Below are positions 36,546-50,061 of a DNA stretch of 64,000 nt, piece after piece (positions within the stretch are counted from its first letter, which is position 1; every line of letters begins with the position of its first letter). Source of the DNA: Coniocarpon cinnabarinum. Its lineage: Eukaryota. The notes under the pieces were generated by a model that did not search any database, was not told where the DNA came from, and saw only the letters and a program-made list of their open reading frames with translations. The translations under genes and the position numbers were made by a program. The stretch spans positions 1 through 64,000 of the forward strand of contig JAVECO010000083.1 in assembly GCA_051942205.1 (NCBI GenBank). The letters run 5' to 3'.

Positions 36546-37479
36546 TTGCAAGATCCGCGACTGTGATGGTGGAGGCTGGCTCGTGAGGCAACTAACACAG
36601 CCAATCTGACAGCTTTCTGGGCTCGTCAGAACTATGAGGCTTTTTTTTTTTCGAATTCGCGACACCGAAGGCACCAGACTCAGCCGCAACAGTCTTGTGT
36701 GCCTGAAAGCCTTGGGTCAAAATGGCGGGCGCGTGATTGCTTGGGTCGGATTGCGCGGCAAAAGTCACGCACAAAAGTTGTTGCCAGATCTTAGTCCAGG
36801 CGACGAGCCTGTACCATTATAAGAATTCGGCACAAACGCGGTAGTCTTTTGCAACCCATGAGATCGCGAAATATTGTGCAGCAAGTATTATCCTGCATCT
36901 CAAGCCTTGATTAGTTGCCAGGTTCTCAGCGCTGCTCGCTGAAGCGATGTCGTAGCCATGCACACCCATATTCTGACACGCTCAGTGCTCAATGCATAAT
37001 CTAGTACTGAAAGCCATCGACGGGCTTTTCTGTAGTCAGTAGCTTGTACGTGTGTGAAAGACCTTGTGTTTAGACCTAGAGCTGTTGCACGTGATCATGT
37101 CATGCTTGAATGAGGTGATGTCATTCTCGCTTAGGGTTAGAGCGCGTTGTAAAGGCGGCGGAATTCGGGTTGACGCGTGGTGGCTTTGACTAAGCGTGAA
37201 GAGTACAAACCATTCATCACTGTCTCGAGAATAGCAACATATCAAGCACCACTCTCAACAACCACGTCTCTGAGTCCTCGTTGACCTCGTTGACCTCGTT
37301 GAGCCATTTAGTGTGTCTGTGCAGCGGCTGCCACCAAAGCTCCCAGTGACCAAGCTGTGGAGCGCGAGCAGCTACGCGGAGCGTTCGATATTGCAATTCA
37401 ATTTTATCGGTCCACATGACCTGACCAAACATCATCAACAGCTACGCGCCGTTCACTGTAGACCGCTATACTTGTTCAT

Positions 37480-39893
37480 ATGCCTCCATCTGCCTCAAGA
37501 CGCGGGAGGACTCGAAAGCAGCCCGAGGCCGCTGGCAGACCCGTGCTTGACGAAGTAGATGACACAAACACTCCAACTCGTAAACGAAGAAAGGTAAGCC
37601 CCCCCTACAAGATGAAGACTTCAGCCGCTGACGAGGTCTCAGCCAAACCCAACTTCCGCTCCCGATGACACGTTGCCACAAAGACGCAACGCCAGCCGGC
37701 GGGCTGGAAGTCGCAACCGTTCCAGCGACATCAGGCCCTATGAAGAAGAATCTAGCTTTAACGAAGAAGATCCAGACCAGTTCATCAATCTTCTAAAAAC
37801 TGCCACGTATCCTATAGCAGCCGCAAATGACTTTGACAATGAGGTGCACGTCATCAACCATCCCGAGGGCAAACAAGCCTATGCGAAAATTGCGGGAAAA
37901 GGATGGACTTTCTACGTGGAGGATCTTGAAATTCGCATTGGCCGTCCACCAGATGAGCGACAGCCCGTTGGGAAGACCGGCGGGAAATCTGAAGAACTTC
38001 CCGCTGACAAGTCGCTCGTGCATATCGATCTTGGGCCATCAAAATTGGTTTCGCGAATACATGCTGAAATACGATATCATCAAACCGACGGCTTCTGGTA
38101 CGTCGCAGTCAACGGCAGAAATGGCATGAAACTCGATGGAGACGAGCTCAAAAGAGGTCATGAGGCGACGCTACGTTCTGGCTCCGTTTTGGAGATAGCC
38201 GGAACCCAGATGATCTTCATCACTCCCAACGAAATCCCGAACATTGCTCCGAAAATCCTTGCGCAACGTCGAGGGAAACAGGAGAACGATGAAGGGGAAG
38301 AAGATCCAATGGGCCCGCCATCGTTACCGCATCGGACACCAAGTAAAGGCAACAGTGGAAGGGCAAATAGCGACCAGATACCTTCGTCAGCGCAACATTC
38401 TTCTAATCAGAAAGGTCAACAAAACTTGTCGGGTTCAGCAGATCCATCAGCGTTGATGCAAGATGACAGCTCCCTTGACAACAGACCTTCAAGTAGCCAG
38501 AACATGAAAATTCGGAATTCGCCCACGTTCCACCGTGGATTGATGCTTGAAACAGCTGACGACATTGACTATAGCCAAGATAATGCCAAAGACCTCAAGC
38601 CACCGTATAGTTATGCACAGTTAATTGGCATGGCCATTTTGTCGAGTCCTGAAGAGAAGCTGACACTAAATGCAATCTACGAGTGGATCAAGCTGCGCTA
38701 TGCTTTCTATCGATTCAGTGGCGGAGGCTGGCAGAATTCAATCAGACACAACCTTTCGCTTAATCGGAACTTTGAAAAAGTTGCCAGAAGGACTGACGAG
38801 CCTGGAAAAGGCATGAAGTGGCAAATTGTGCCAGAGCATCGGGACGAGTACCTGAAGAAAGGACTGAGCCAGGCGCAACATGGTCGCAAATCTTATCCGC
38901 GTACCTCCTCCGGCCCCAACTCACCCTCCAAAGATCCCACCTCGGCAGGAGCGTGGCCCACCTCAGATGGGCCTGAGGCCAAGGAGTTCAAGCAAAGCGC
39001 CAACATCTTCAACTTGAAAAACTCTCCAGGCTCGACCCCTCCTATGTCACACTATCCGCTTGCGAAGCAAGCATACACGCCAGAAAGAGGAGGCAACATC
39101 CTCACCAAATTGAGCAAGGAAGAAGGCTCAAGCCCTATCAAAGGGCTCGGTCTCGGCGCCAGCCCGTTCCCTTTCAGCGTCAAGAAAGATCGCTGGAACG
39201 GTCTCACGGAAGCAGCCGCCGCCGGTTCACCGGGAGGTCCACGTGTCCCTCTTGGAAGTGATATGATTGATACCATGCAGACGCCTCTCATTACTAAGAC
39301 AAAACCGAACTTGGCACCACCAAGCACTGCCAGACTTCCCAGTCAGTACATGGCTTTGAGCAGCCCTGCGCCGTTTTGGAAGTTCAACGACTTCAACCAA
39401 AGCTCACCAGCCAAGCCTGTGATGGGTATTAGTCCAGTCAAGGAGCCGAAACTCGAGGTCAACGGCCACCAAGACGATAGCGACGATAAGAAACAAACCG
39501 ACGATGAAAAGCAAGATGATCTTCCGGTCCGTAGCAGCAGCCCACCCCTACCAGAAAGCCCAACTCGAGCCGTCAGTACTCGCCCCAGTGGCTTGGGCGC
39601 ATCATTAGATCCGCCACGGCCTTCCTCGACTTCGCATTTTCCACCACCGCACAGACCTCAGCATGCTTCAATGGCGCCTACAAAAGGTCAGAGCACGCGC
39701 TCCGCCGCTCCCAAACCGGCAGAGGACAGTGGAGACGATGAAGACGGTGGCGTGACTCTGGATCTCATGAAGTGAGTTGTGACGACGAAGCAAGCTGTAG
39801 CGGTTCCAAACTGACGTTTTCTTTAGTATCGGAAAGTTCCAAGGTATTGGAAACTTCCATCGAAGCATGAACACGATGATGGGAAGAACATGA
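37480..39893 (+). CDS. FHA + forkhead transcription factor (Fkh1/Fkh2-like)
   Basis: [31 protein letters not shown]. Forkhead: [29 protein letters not shown]. Introns at 37594-37641 and approx. 39772-39826. Confidence 0.94.
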
Positions 39894-42085
39894 GACATGT
39901 CGGACGAAAGTCAGGACAGCATTGATCGAAGTATTGATCAGCACATTGAGCGTCTGCCAGACGTTCGACGTGCCATCAGAATACTCTTAAGCTTTCGCTT
40001 CTGGGGTTATGTTTTACAGGCATGCGTCACAGCTGCATTTAGCTATGAAGGATACTCGAGTGATATTGTGTCCCATGGAATAGGATGGGATGGGATGAGA
40101 TGAGTGCATGAGTGTACAGATGTGGCGCAGCCCGAATGATTAAGTGAAGCAAGCTTGCTTACGGCTTGCTTTCGTTGACCTGCATCCCTTACGGAGCTTT
40201 GCCGTTCACCTTTCCGGCTAAATACATCAGACAGCGTATGGGCTGAGTAATGTCGTGGAAGATTCAAGCTCACAGGCGCCTCATGACAATTGGTGATTTG
40301 CATGTTCACACTGCGTTGATGGGTGAACAATAGATTTACAGCATTCGATGAGCTTGCCACGCATCATAACTAAATTCAAGTTTAGCGGCCAGTGATTTTT
40401 GCCAACTCGTTTTCTAGTATTTTTCATGAGGGCAGTAAAACACGAAAAAATCCAGGATATGGAGCGAGTATACGTAGCTAGACTTGAGCTTGGAAAATGA
40501 AAGCTTTTCTTGACCTGCTCACGATTGAACAAGCATTGCTGGCAGGGTCTGGGAATGTCAGTCACTCACACGCGATCGAATCTTCAAGTCGTTGATAGCT
40601 TGAATGTGCGAAGATCAGGTGCACTACCTCTGGCGTGAGATGGCGACACTACAAACTAGCGAAGATACTCCGTGGCTTTACAGAATCAGAAAAATGCTAG
40701 CTAAGCACGTGGGAGAGACAACATGCACTGGCGGGGGCAGGGCTGGCGATCGCACAGCATCTTGCCAACCGAGACGCGGATCAGGTACCGTGTGCAGGGA
40801 TCCCTGCAGACCAACTTGACGCGAACAACACGACGAAGGAGCATGTTCGCCCATCCTCTGTGATCCTTTGAGGCGGTTACCGTCGAAGACACGGGTGACT
40901 CGGGAATCCAATACAGGCTGGAACACGGAGCAAGCTTGGAATGCCTTTCAACGCTCCCAGACCGGAGCGACACAAGCGAGTACCTACCTACCCAAGTGTT
41001 TTCTTGACGTGATTCAGTCTCAATGCACACCCTGCCATCACGACCGACCGACCGTGCGATCGAACTAAACAAAAAAGCCTCGCCTAAACCTAATACTTGC
41101 AGGCCAATCTCCACCTCAAGGACGGTGGTCAAGTTCAAGACATTGAATTTTGGTCCGCGAGATACCGCGATACTACCTCACATTGGTATAAGATTCTGCC
41201 GCGACCGCATCTGAGATGCTTGCGAGTCAATGGCGAGGAGCAGAGAAGGATCTCGACTGCGGCCAAGGTAAGCCGGTCCAAAGGCAGGCTTGCATGGCAT
41301 CTGGCAGAGTCATCTCCAGAGGCCTGTCGGCAATAATAGCGTGCGGGGGATGATCCCTGCACATCGGGCGCGCGAGTCGATGCTGGCGCGGTGGAGAATG
41401 CCGTGGAGGATTGGATGAGTGGCGCGTCGACGAAGCACAACAACAAAAAGTCGCAGAGCGGAGGAGCCGCCTTTGAGGTGATGACACCGCCACGCCCTGA
41501 TCATAGCGCTGAGCCCCCCGATCGCCGCCTGCCCGATGGGGGATGACGCCAGGAACGCCGACCTGCCCATTGGTGGCACCGAGCTTGTCCCCACGACCCA
41601 ATTCCGCGCCGGCCATGACGTGTGACTCGACCGCCAAGTCCCCCAGGCCCATCTTCACGTCAAACAATACCTCTCAAACTTTGCCCTCTCCTGACTGGTG
41701 CGCTCGCCTGTCTTTTTGGGACCACGCCGGCTCATTGTTCGCATCTCTTTACGGCAGCACGCACCACCTCTGTCAGATGCGCAGCCGCCAGCGTCCCCAC
41801 TGCCCCGTGCCAATGCTGTATTCTCCTCGTCCTGCTAACCCCAACGGTCAAAGCCCGCTCCACGTCTGTTGTCATCACTCTCTTTAGCTTCCACGCTCTT
41901 ACCCGGAGCTCGTCTGGCCTTTCCCGTGCCCTGGATCTCCTTCTGGAAGCTGTGAAACTCCTATAAGATGGTCCCCTTCTCTCCCTCCTCGACGGCTCTG
42001 GTTTGATCCTCCACCCGGATGCTGCTGTTGTAGCTTCGTTGGCCGTTGTCTTGCTTTCCTGGAGCTTGCTTGGGATCTTTTGATC

Positions 42086-45000
42086 ATGAAGCCCGTCTCT
42101 TCTGTGCTGCTGGCCGTTGGCCTTGCAGCTGCTCAGTCGGAACCGCAAGGGCCAGATGCTGCGCCGGTGAGTTTGTCACGGCTCTGAAAGGCCTCCACAC
42201 GGAAGGAAGCTGTTCGACTGACTTGTGTTTGCCAGTTCCCCAACTCAGTCTACCCAGGCTACGCCGAGCCCTACGCCGTAGCTGGCGCGCAGTCCGGCCA
42301 GACGTCTCCGCCATTCTACCCATCACCATGGATGTCGGGCGCTGGCAACTGGTCAGCGGCCTACACATCCGCACAAAACTTGGTGCGGCAGATGACGCTG
42401 GCCGAGAAGGTCAACTTGACCACTGGCACAGGGTACGTTCATGACATACCAATATACCAGGCGATTTCCACAAGAAGCTTACATACCCCTCCAGGTGGGA
42501 GACTGAGCGCTGTGTCGGTCAGACTGGTGCAGTTCCTCGTCTTGGAATCCGTTCGCTTTGCATGCAAGACTCGCCGGTGGGAGTCAGAGACAGTTCGTTC
42601 GCCACAGTTCCGTTCTTCAACGTCGCTTACCAAGCTCTTTCAGCCGATTACAACTCCGTCTTTCCTGCTGGTGGTACCATTGCTGCTTCCTGGGATCGTC
42701 AATTGATCTACGAACGTGGATTCGACATGGGCTCTGAGCACAAGGGCAAAGGCGTGGATGTCCAACTTGGTCCTGTGGTAGGCCCTCTTGGACGAGCACC
42801 CGAGGGTGGCCGGAACTGGGAAGGTTCGTGGTCCTGTGGTTGCCCACAAGTCAGGCCATATTGACCAGGTTTTTCCTTAGGATTTTCTCCGGACCCCTTC
42901 CTGTCTGGTGAGGCCGTTTACCAGTCTGTGCAGGGCATCCAAGCAGCAGGCGTTGTCGCCTGTACTAAGCACTACATCATGAACGAACAGGGTGAGCACG
43001 GCTTGGCTGTTTCTACCACAAGTCAACCTAGCTGACCCGCTTGCTCCAGAGCACTTCCGCCAAGTTGGTGAATGGGGACCCAATGGGTATGGTTTTAACA
43101 TCAGCCAGGAGATCACATCCAACCTTGATGACCGTACCATGCATGAGCTGTATCTGTGGCCATTTGCGGACGCGGTTCGCGCCGGCACTGGCTCTATCAT
43201 GTGCTCCTATAACTTCATCAACGGCAGCTACGGGTGCCAAAACTCGTACACACTGAACCACCTGTTGAAGAACGAACTCGATTTCCAGGGATTCGTCATG
43301 TCTGATTGGGGAGCCCAGCAGTAAGTGCACACGAACCGGCGGAATGCCCATTGAGAACCAAGCAAGCGCTGACATCATTCCGTAAGCTCCGGTGTCTCTG
43401 CTTCTCTTGCAGGCATGGACATGGCCATGCCCGGCGACACAGCCTTTGATTCCGGCGCAGGCTACTGGGGCACCAACCTGACTATTGCGGTCCTCAACGG
43501 CACTGTTCCCGAGTGGAGAATCGACGACATGGTCACGCGAATCCTGGCCGCCTGGTACTATGTGGGTCGGGACGCGAACACGGTTGATATCAACTTCGAC
43601 TCGTGGACTCTCGACACGTACGGTTACCAGCATTACATCTCCAACGAGGGCTATGGGCTCATCAACGAGCACGTCAATGTCCGTGGCGAGCATGGTGCCG
43701 ACATTCGCAAGCAGGCCGCCGCGTCTACTGTCTTGCTCAAGAACGCCAACGGCACTCTCCCGCTGAACGCCAAGGATCAAAATGTGACCGCCGTTTTTGG
43801 CTACGATGCTGCTGACAACCCGTATGGACCAAATGGCTGCCCCGACCGTGGCTGTGACAATGGCACACTAGCAATGGCTTGGGGATCCGGAAGCGCGAAT
43901 TTCCCATACTTGATCACACCATACTTCGCTATCCAGAACGAAGTTCTCACAAACGGCAACGGTGAAGTACAAGGCATCAGTGACAATTACGCCATCACTC
44001 AGATCGACGCTCTGGCTCGCCAAGTAAGTGACTCTTGACATGACGCGAACGCGTGGTTGTTTCGAATGACTGGGCTGATCCTCTCCCCCAGGCCTCAGCG
44101 TCCATCGTCTTCGTCAACGCAGACAGCGGTGAAGGTTACATCAGCGTCGACGGCAATGAGGGTGATCGCAACAATCTGACCTTGTGGGAGGACGGCGATC
44201 GCCTTATCAACGAGGTGGCCGGCAACTGCAGCAACACCATTGTTGTCATCCACTCGGTCGGCCCAGTCTTGGTAGATTCCTTCTACCAGAACCCCAACGT
44301 GACCGCTATCCTATGGGCAGGTATCCCCGGCCAAGAATCGGGCAATTCCATAACCGATGTCCTTTACGGTCGTGTCAATCCAGGAGGCAAACTCCCGTTC
44401 ACCATGGGTGAATCGCGACAACAGTATGGCGTGGACCTCCTCTACCAACCCAACAACGGCGAGGACATGCCTCAGCTGAACTTCGAGGAAGGTGTCTTCA
44501 TTGACTACCGTGCCTTTGACCGCCACAATGAGACCCCCATCTACGAATTTGGTTTCGGCATGAGTTACTCAAGCTTCTCTTACTCTGACCTGCAAGTCAC
44601 CCCTGGTAACGCCGGTCCTTACGCCCCAGCCAACGGCACCACCCAGCCCGCACCATCACTCGGCCAGCCTGGTCAAGCATCTGACTACGTCTACCCACCC
44701 GACTTCCACAAGGTCGGGCTCTACATCTACCCTTACTTGAACTCCACCGACCTGGGTGCCTCGTCGAACTCCTCGGACTTTGGTGACGACAGCTTCATCC
44801 CTGAGGGTGCTCGTGACAGCTCTCCGCAGCCCGTGCCCGCGGCGGGTGGTGCACCCGGCGGCAACGTCGGTCTCTACGACACCGTCGCCACCGTGACCGC
44901 GACTATCACCAACACTGGTGACGTTGCCGGTGACGAAGTCGCCCAGCTGTACCTTTGCCTGGGTGGTCCCGACGACCCACTCCGTGCCCTCCGTGGCTTC

Positions 45001-45189
45001 GACCGTCTCAAGGATATTCAACCCGGTCAGACGGCACAGTTCTCAGCGAACCTCACCCGCCGCGACATCTCCAACTGGGACGTCGTCTCCCAGAACTGGG
45101 TCGTGAGTCAATACCCCAAGACCGTGTACGTGGGAGCGTCGTCCCGCAACTTGCCTCTGCAGGCGCCTTTGCCTGCCATGGGCTCGTGA
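42086..45189 (+). CDS. Secreted GH3 beta-glucosidase (BglA/Cel3A type)
   Basis: Signal peptide [50 protein letters not shown], nucleophile [22 protein letters not shown] and a C-terminal FnIII-like domain; about seven introns. Confidence 0.96.
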
Positions 45190-45600
45190 GGCATGCACGT
45201 CTGGTGGTTGGATATACAATTCGATTCTTCGTGACATCATTATATATATTGAATAAATATTACTTTGACCTAGAACGTCGATACGTCGGCGGATTCAAAC
45301 ACTTCTGTTCCGTGTTGACCGCAAGTGTATTTGTCTAAAGTGCCCACAGTGGAGTGTCAATTACCTCTGTGTCGATGCTTGATAGGTCCTTGCTCCACCC
45401 TCCAGGTCCCCAAATTGAAGTCCATCGTCCATGAGAGCCGACTTCATCCTGGCCTGTCCAAAGGCAAACGACTCACCTGTTTTCTGAGGCACACCGTACG
45501 AATAGTACCTCACATCGCTGCATCACGATGTGATTCCCAGGCTGAACATCTTTTCCCTGTCAAGATTTGACAGCCGAGGTGTCTAGATCTTAGCTTGAAG

Positions 45601-46200
45601 TCACGACGTCACGAAGTCGTTCATGTGATGAAGCTGTCATGTGATGAAGCCGTCATGTCAAAGTATGTCACAATAGTTCAAGAGTTAGGTACTTGATCAC
45701 TCAACTTGAAACTTCCTTGAAGCTCAAGGTAAGCTTCCATCCTCGCATGTCCCTTGTAGAGGTTCCCCATTTCCTGAAGGTAGAAGAGATTCTCATTTCC
45801 TGAAGAAGGTAGAAGAGATTCTCATTTCCATGTTCTCGGTGCATGGAATTGTGTTCGACCTTCTCTCGAGATTTGAAATTGTTTTTCGAATTTCTCGAGA
45901 TTCGAGCAATAGTCCTTGAGGTGGTGAATTGTGAGAGCTATGATGTCTTTCCATTACATTGATCTCTTCTGACCTCAAGACATGTTGACATTCTTGTTCA
46001 CTGTGATGATGGTCATTGTGATGATATGTGGTATGATGATGTGCTATTATGAAAAGGTGCGGTATGATGATGTATTATTATCAGGGTACGGGGTCTGTCC
46101 ATTTTTTGAACTTCGGTATACGGCAGGTTTTGGTATGATGCTGTGATGCTCGAGTGTTTGTATACATGTCACGGCATGTCATGTCACGGCGAGGGGAGTG
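45601..46200. repeat. Intergenic patch of short tandem and direct repeats
   Basis: 16-nt period tcatgtgatgaagc(tg/cg) at 45621-45660; catttcctgaa(gaa)ggtagaagagattct twice at 45768-45822; recurrent ggtatgatg(atg) at 46030-46140; catgtcacggc twice near 46165-46190. Confidence 0.75.
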
Positions 46201-46596
46201 CATGATTCTGACGTGTGTACACTCTTCTTCAGTGCTTTCTTTTAGAGAAGGTGGGGTTGGATAGTCGCTGTGATTGCGTCGTGGAATGGGATCGTCGTTG
46301 CTCGACGCGTTCAGAGCAGCTAGCTAGTTGCATGATATCGAGCCAGTGAGTGCCCGTTCTCAGCGTTGTGAGCTGAACAAAGATCCAAGATCTGCTGTTG
46401 TAATCCTTGCAAGCACGAGGATCAAGCACATCATCCACCTCAATCACACACCTAATCAATTTCGCTTTTTGCTCAGTGAGTCGAAACCTCTTCAAAATGA
46501 CCCTCAATTCAGCCTACGCATACAATACTTCTCCCTGAATAGCGAATCACTCCAAAGCATCCAGTCAGTCACACCGCCACAGATCCAAGTCAGACG

Positions 46597-48014
46597 TCAC
46601 CCCTCCCAAACACATTCCATAACACTCGGGCTCATCCAAACTCCCATACCCTTCCCCACCTTCCTCACGCCCTGAAATCTCAATCTCCCATCCACCTTCC
46701 CAAACAAAGTACGCCAATCACTCTCCGTCCGCTCTCGCGCATTGAAAAACGCCAACATGTTCAGATCGACCGCCTGTCTCAACCGGTCGATACCAGCCGG
46801 CGCCTCGCCCGGCGCCGCCTGCACAAATTCAACGACGATGATCCTGTTTCCGGAACGTAACGTAGGAATCAGAGATTTCAACATGCGGACGCAGTATTTA
46901 TCTGACCAGTTGTGAAATATCGCCCGGAAGAGGTAGGCGTCCGCGGCGATGGATTGTTCCTCGAGTAGATCATGGACTTGGAACTGGACTCGCTTCTTCA
47001 GATCGGCGTCAAATTGATCATGAGCATCTTTTGCAGCGTGGATAGCATCAGGGAGGTCTTGCACGATGCAATGCATATTTGGATGACGCTTCGCGATGGC
47101 GGTCGCGAGGTGGCCTTTTCCGCCGCCGACGTCGACGAGGGTCTTGATGGTGTTATTGAGCGAGAAGTCGAAGGCGTCGAGGATGGGCTCGAGGGGCTGA
47201 GATGCTCCGAGCGCTGATATGGCGCCTGCCACGGCTTGGGAGCGTTTTGGGTGTCGGAGCGTGAGTTCGGTGAAGAAGGGTTGGGTGGCGTGGTTGGCGA
47301 GGGCCCAGCCCTGGGGTCGTCAGTGTGCTTTCAATGGAGAATAGCTAGTGTAACTCGAAGCTGCCTGAAGAGAATACTTCGACGGGAAAATGCTAAAAGA
47401 TGAGGGAGGAAGGGCAATAGACGGTAGGTACATACACATTCAATGGGCTCTTCAGAGGCGCCGAACCGTTCCAAAGCATCGACGACGGCAAAAGATCCAC
47501 GAATACCTTCCTCGACACCTAGACCCAGGGAATCGCGCAAGCCTTGATTCTCTTTCAGAGCTCGAGTGGCAGCCGTGTGACCTACAAAGCCTGGACGCGT
47601 CTCCGTGAAGAGCCAGTTGCTAAAGCCATACCTTAAGAAGCGTGCGAGCATTTGTTCATCCACGCCTGTGGCTTTGGCGAGGTCGGCGAAGGAGATATCG
47701 CCGCCGATGGGTACATGAGTGGATACGTCAAAGCGGTAGATAAATTGCAAGACGAGGAGGTCGTTGATGGGCAAGATGGTACGAAGGCTCAAGGTCGGTC
47801 CTTGAAGGAGAATATTGAGCTCGCGGGTTGCTGCAAGTGCGCGGACATGAGCCGCGAGAACATCAGGGGCAGTGGGTGGGATGGAGATGAGAGAGGGTCC
47901 GTCCTCATGGAAGCTCGGTTTGGGGATGTTGTTCTTGGTGAGGTAGTCGTCGACGAGGGCAGTGTCTCGGGCGATCGAGTTGGCAAGGTCGATGATGCTT
48001 TTGTTCGAAGCCAT
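46597..48014 (-). CDS. SAM-dependent O-methyltransferase (COMT/OmtA type)
   Basis: N-terminal dimerisation/winged-helix region; LVDVGGGKGH, IVQDL, YLFRAIFHNWSD, DLNML..NARERT; intron 47311-47435. Confidence 0.93.
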
Positions 48015-48543
48015 GGTGGTAACTCTGCTCGTCAGGTGTGGCAGTAGTTGTCTCTGCGAAGGTCCTTACACTGGGTGCTGAGTGCCCTTGTTTTATACTA
48101 TCGTCTTCACCTACTACTCAACATGTGCAGGGGACGGACTGGTTGATACTCTTCGGGCTTAGGTAATCAGTATGCCCGATGAAGGATCCAAAAGGGGGAA
48201 GGTGAAGCCAATGAGCGGCACGAAAGTTGCCTCACCGCATGCCTCGCGGTGTAAATGTGCGGTTGTTATAGTCGGGGCTTAACCCTGAGTGTTAATAGCA
48301 ATCCTCTTTGAGCGAGCAACGCAAGCAGAAGCCTACGTAAGCTCATCCATAGAGAGGAATAGCATTCCATGGCGGATGTAGGTTGAACCTCATGCTTGTT
48401 TGGCCCCTGTCATGATTCCCGCAGGATCCAACCAAAACGTTGCTTGCGTGTCTGAAGATGCTCAGCCCCTTGTTGTAGGGCACAGGCTTGTACCCAAGGA
48501 ACAGCGATCACCCAGCGGGATAGAATGGCATTTGGCGACTCAT

Positions 48544-49362
48544 CTACTCTCTGCCTACCCGTCGCCAGACCTCACCTTCAACCGCTGCTGCTTTCTGGCC
48601 TACAAAGCCTGCCCAGCCTTTGACTGCATTCCAAGCGTTGCCCGCCTGCTCTGCTGCACTTTCGGGCAGCACACCTTTGAGCATACCCCCAGAGCCTGGA
48701 TCAGGCAGACCAGCGCCACTCATATTACGATGATGGCTCTGTGATCGAACAGCCGACACAGGCGACGGGTTCCGTGATATTGCCAAAGGTGTTAAGCTGC
48801 CCATACCCATTGACGTGTTCGCTGCTGATGTCAAGCCTCCACTCGGCGCTCCAGGGTAGGAGCTCTGGTGGTAGCCTGGCGGATGACTGAGCGAGGGTGT
48901 AGGACTTGGTTGAGGGGCTGGAGGTGCGGCGCCGGGTTGTGCGGATAAGAAAGGCTGCGCTGTACTGAGGCCAGGCGTCGGTGTAGCACCAGGCTGCGGT
49001 GGGGGCGGACCATCTTGGGTAGGTGGTGACGTGGGATTCGTCGTCCGTGTGGGCGATCGAGGGGGAGGTGGTATTGCTGTACCAGTTGGTGCAGGACCTA
49101 GCGATGCTCCTGGTTGTGCGGGAGGATATGTGCTTGTTGGGGAAGAGGAGCCGGTTGTCGTTGCTGGAGCATATCGAGAAGCGGCGGCCGACGGGCCTGA
49201 TAGCGACGGAGGAGCGAGTGTAGAGGGAGACGGTGGCGGTCTTGCGGTCGTTCTCGTCGGTGATGGCGCTCGAGAAGATTGTTGGGAGGGAGGTTGTGAC
49301 GTGGTGGGGGATCTTTGTGCGGAACTGAGCGGTTTCGAGGTCTGAATCTCTATTGGTGCCAT
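48544..49362 (-). CDS. Proline/threonine-rich fungal hypothetical protein
   Basis: 272-aa ORF with repeated PPxQPGA units and an amphipathic C-terminal helix WNAVKGWAGFVGQKAAAVEGEVWRRV. Confidence 0.75.
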   Translation of the reverse strand: MAPIEIQTSKPLSSAQRSPTTSQPPSQQSSRAPSPTRTTARPPPSPSTLAPPSLSGPSAAASRYAPATTTGSSSPTSTYPPAQPGASLGPAPTGTAIPPPPRSPTRTTNPTSPPTQDGPPPPQPGATPTPGLSTAQPFLSAQPGAAPPAPQPSPTPSLSHPPGYHQSSYPGAPSGGLTSAANTSMGMGSLTPLAISRNPSPVSAVRSQSHHRNMSGAGLPDPGSGGMLKGVLPESAAEQAGNAWNAVKGWAGFVGQKAAAVEGEVWRRVGRE

Positions 49363-50061
49363 GGTGGTTTCTCTAAGGGGTCTTGGCCGTCGTAATGGCT
49401 ATGGATAGGCAATTCTGTGAGGCTGTGAATGATGAGGGCCCCGTGGATGTCGAGTGAACACGCGGCCACAAGGGACTTGAATTTCACCTGAGTCGCGGGC
49501 GGCGGGTACCTGCGTCACACGCTAAGCCTCTCCCAGCGTGCCCCTGAGACAAGGCAGTAAGTCGTTGCATGCTCAGACAAAGACACATATGGCGCAGTGA
49601 ATGTTGATTGACGCGAAGGACATGTTACATCAAAGCCTATGAAGCTATTACAGGTGTGGAAAAGCAGAATGACCGACCCAAGCGGCCAGGCACTGCCCAC
49701 AACACGCCTGGCATGCCTCCCTTCCACATATTGAAAGGTTGACTAACATCTACCACTATTGCTCTTGTTCTTGATCTAATACACACCATGGCAATCGTCT
49801 ACCTCTTGAGCCTTTTGGTCTCGTACTCAAGCAGACAGCAATGAACGGCGGCAGAGAACACGCCTTCTGGACCCCTTTTCAGGAGTTCAGGCAGTAGCAA
49901 AGATCACCCAGGATGCTCCAAGAATACTCATGTTCTAGCTCTCGAGTAGAACGAGCAGCTCATAAAATTGACTACGCAATGGAGGGAGAGGCAGAAGCGC
50001 GCTGAAACTCCTCAAAGGACGCATATGCGGAATGGGTGATGCCATCTATGCCGGCTCAGAA

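Noticed and set aside
37277..37303. (ctcgttgac)x3 micro-repeat upstream of the forkhead gene
   Set aside because: Short slippage repeat with no evidence of function.
43028..43780. 250-aa minus-strand ORF
   Set aside because: Antisense to the strongly codon-biased GH3 gene; a typical shadow ORF.
45601..46200. CRISPR-like or TIR/LTR element interpretation of the repeat patch
   Set aside because: Eukaryotic context, no regular repeat-spacer period, and no terminal inverted repeats or target-site duplication found.
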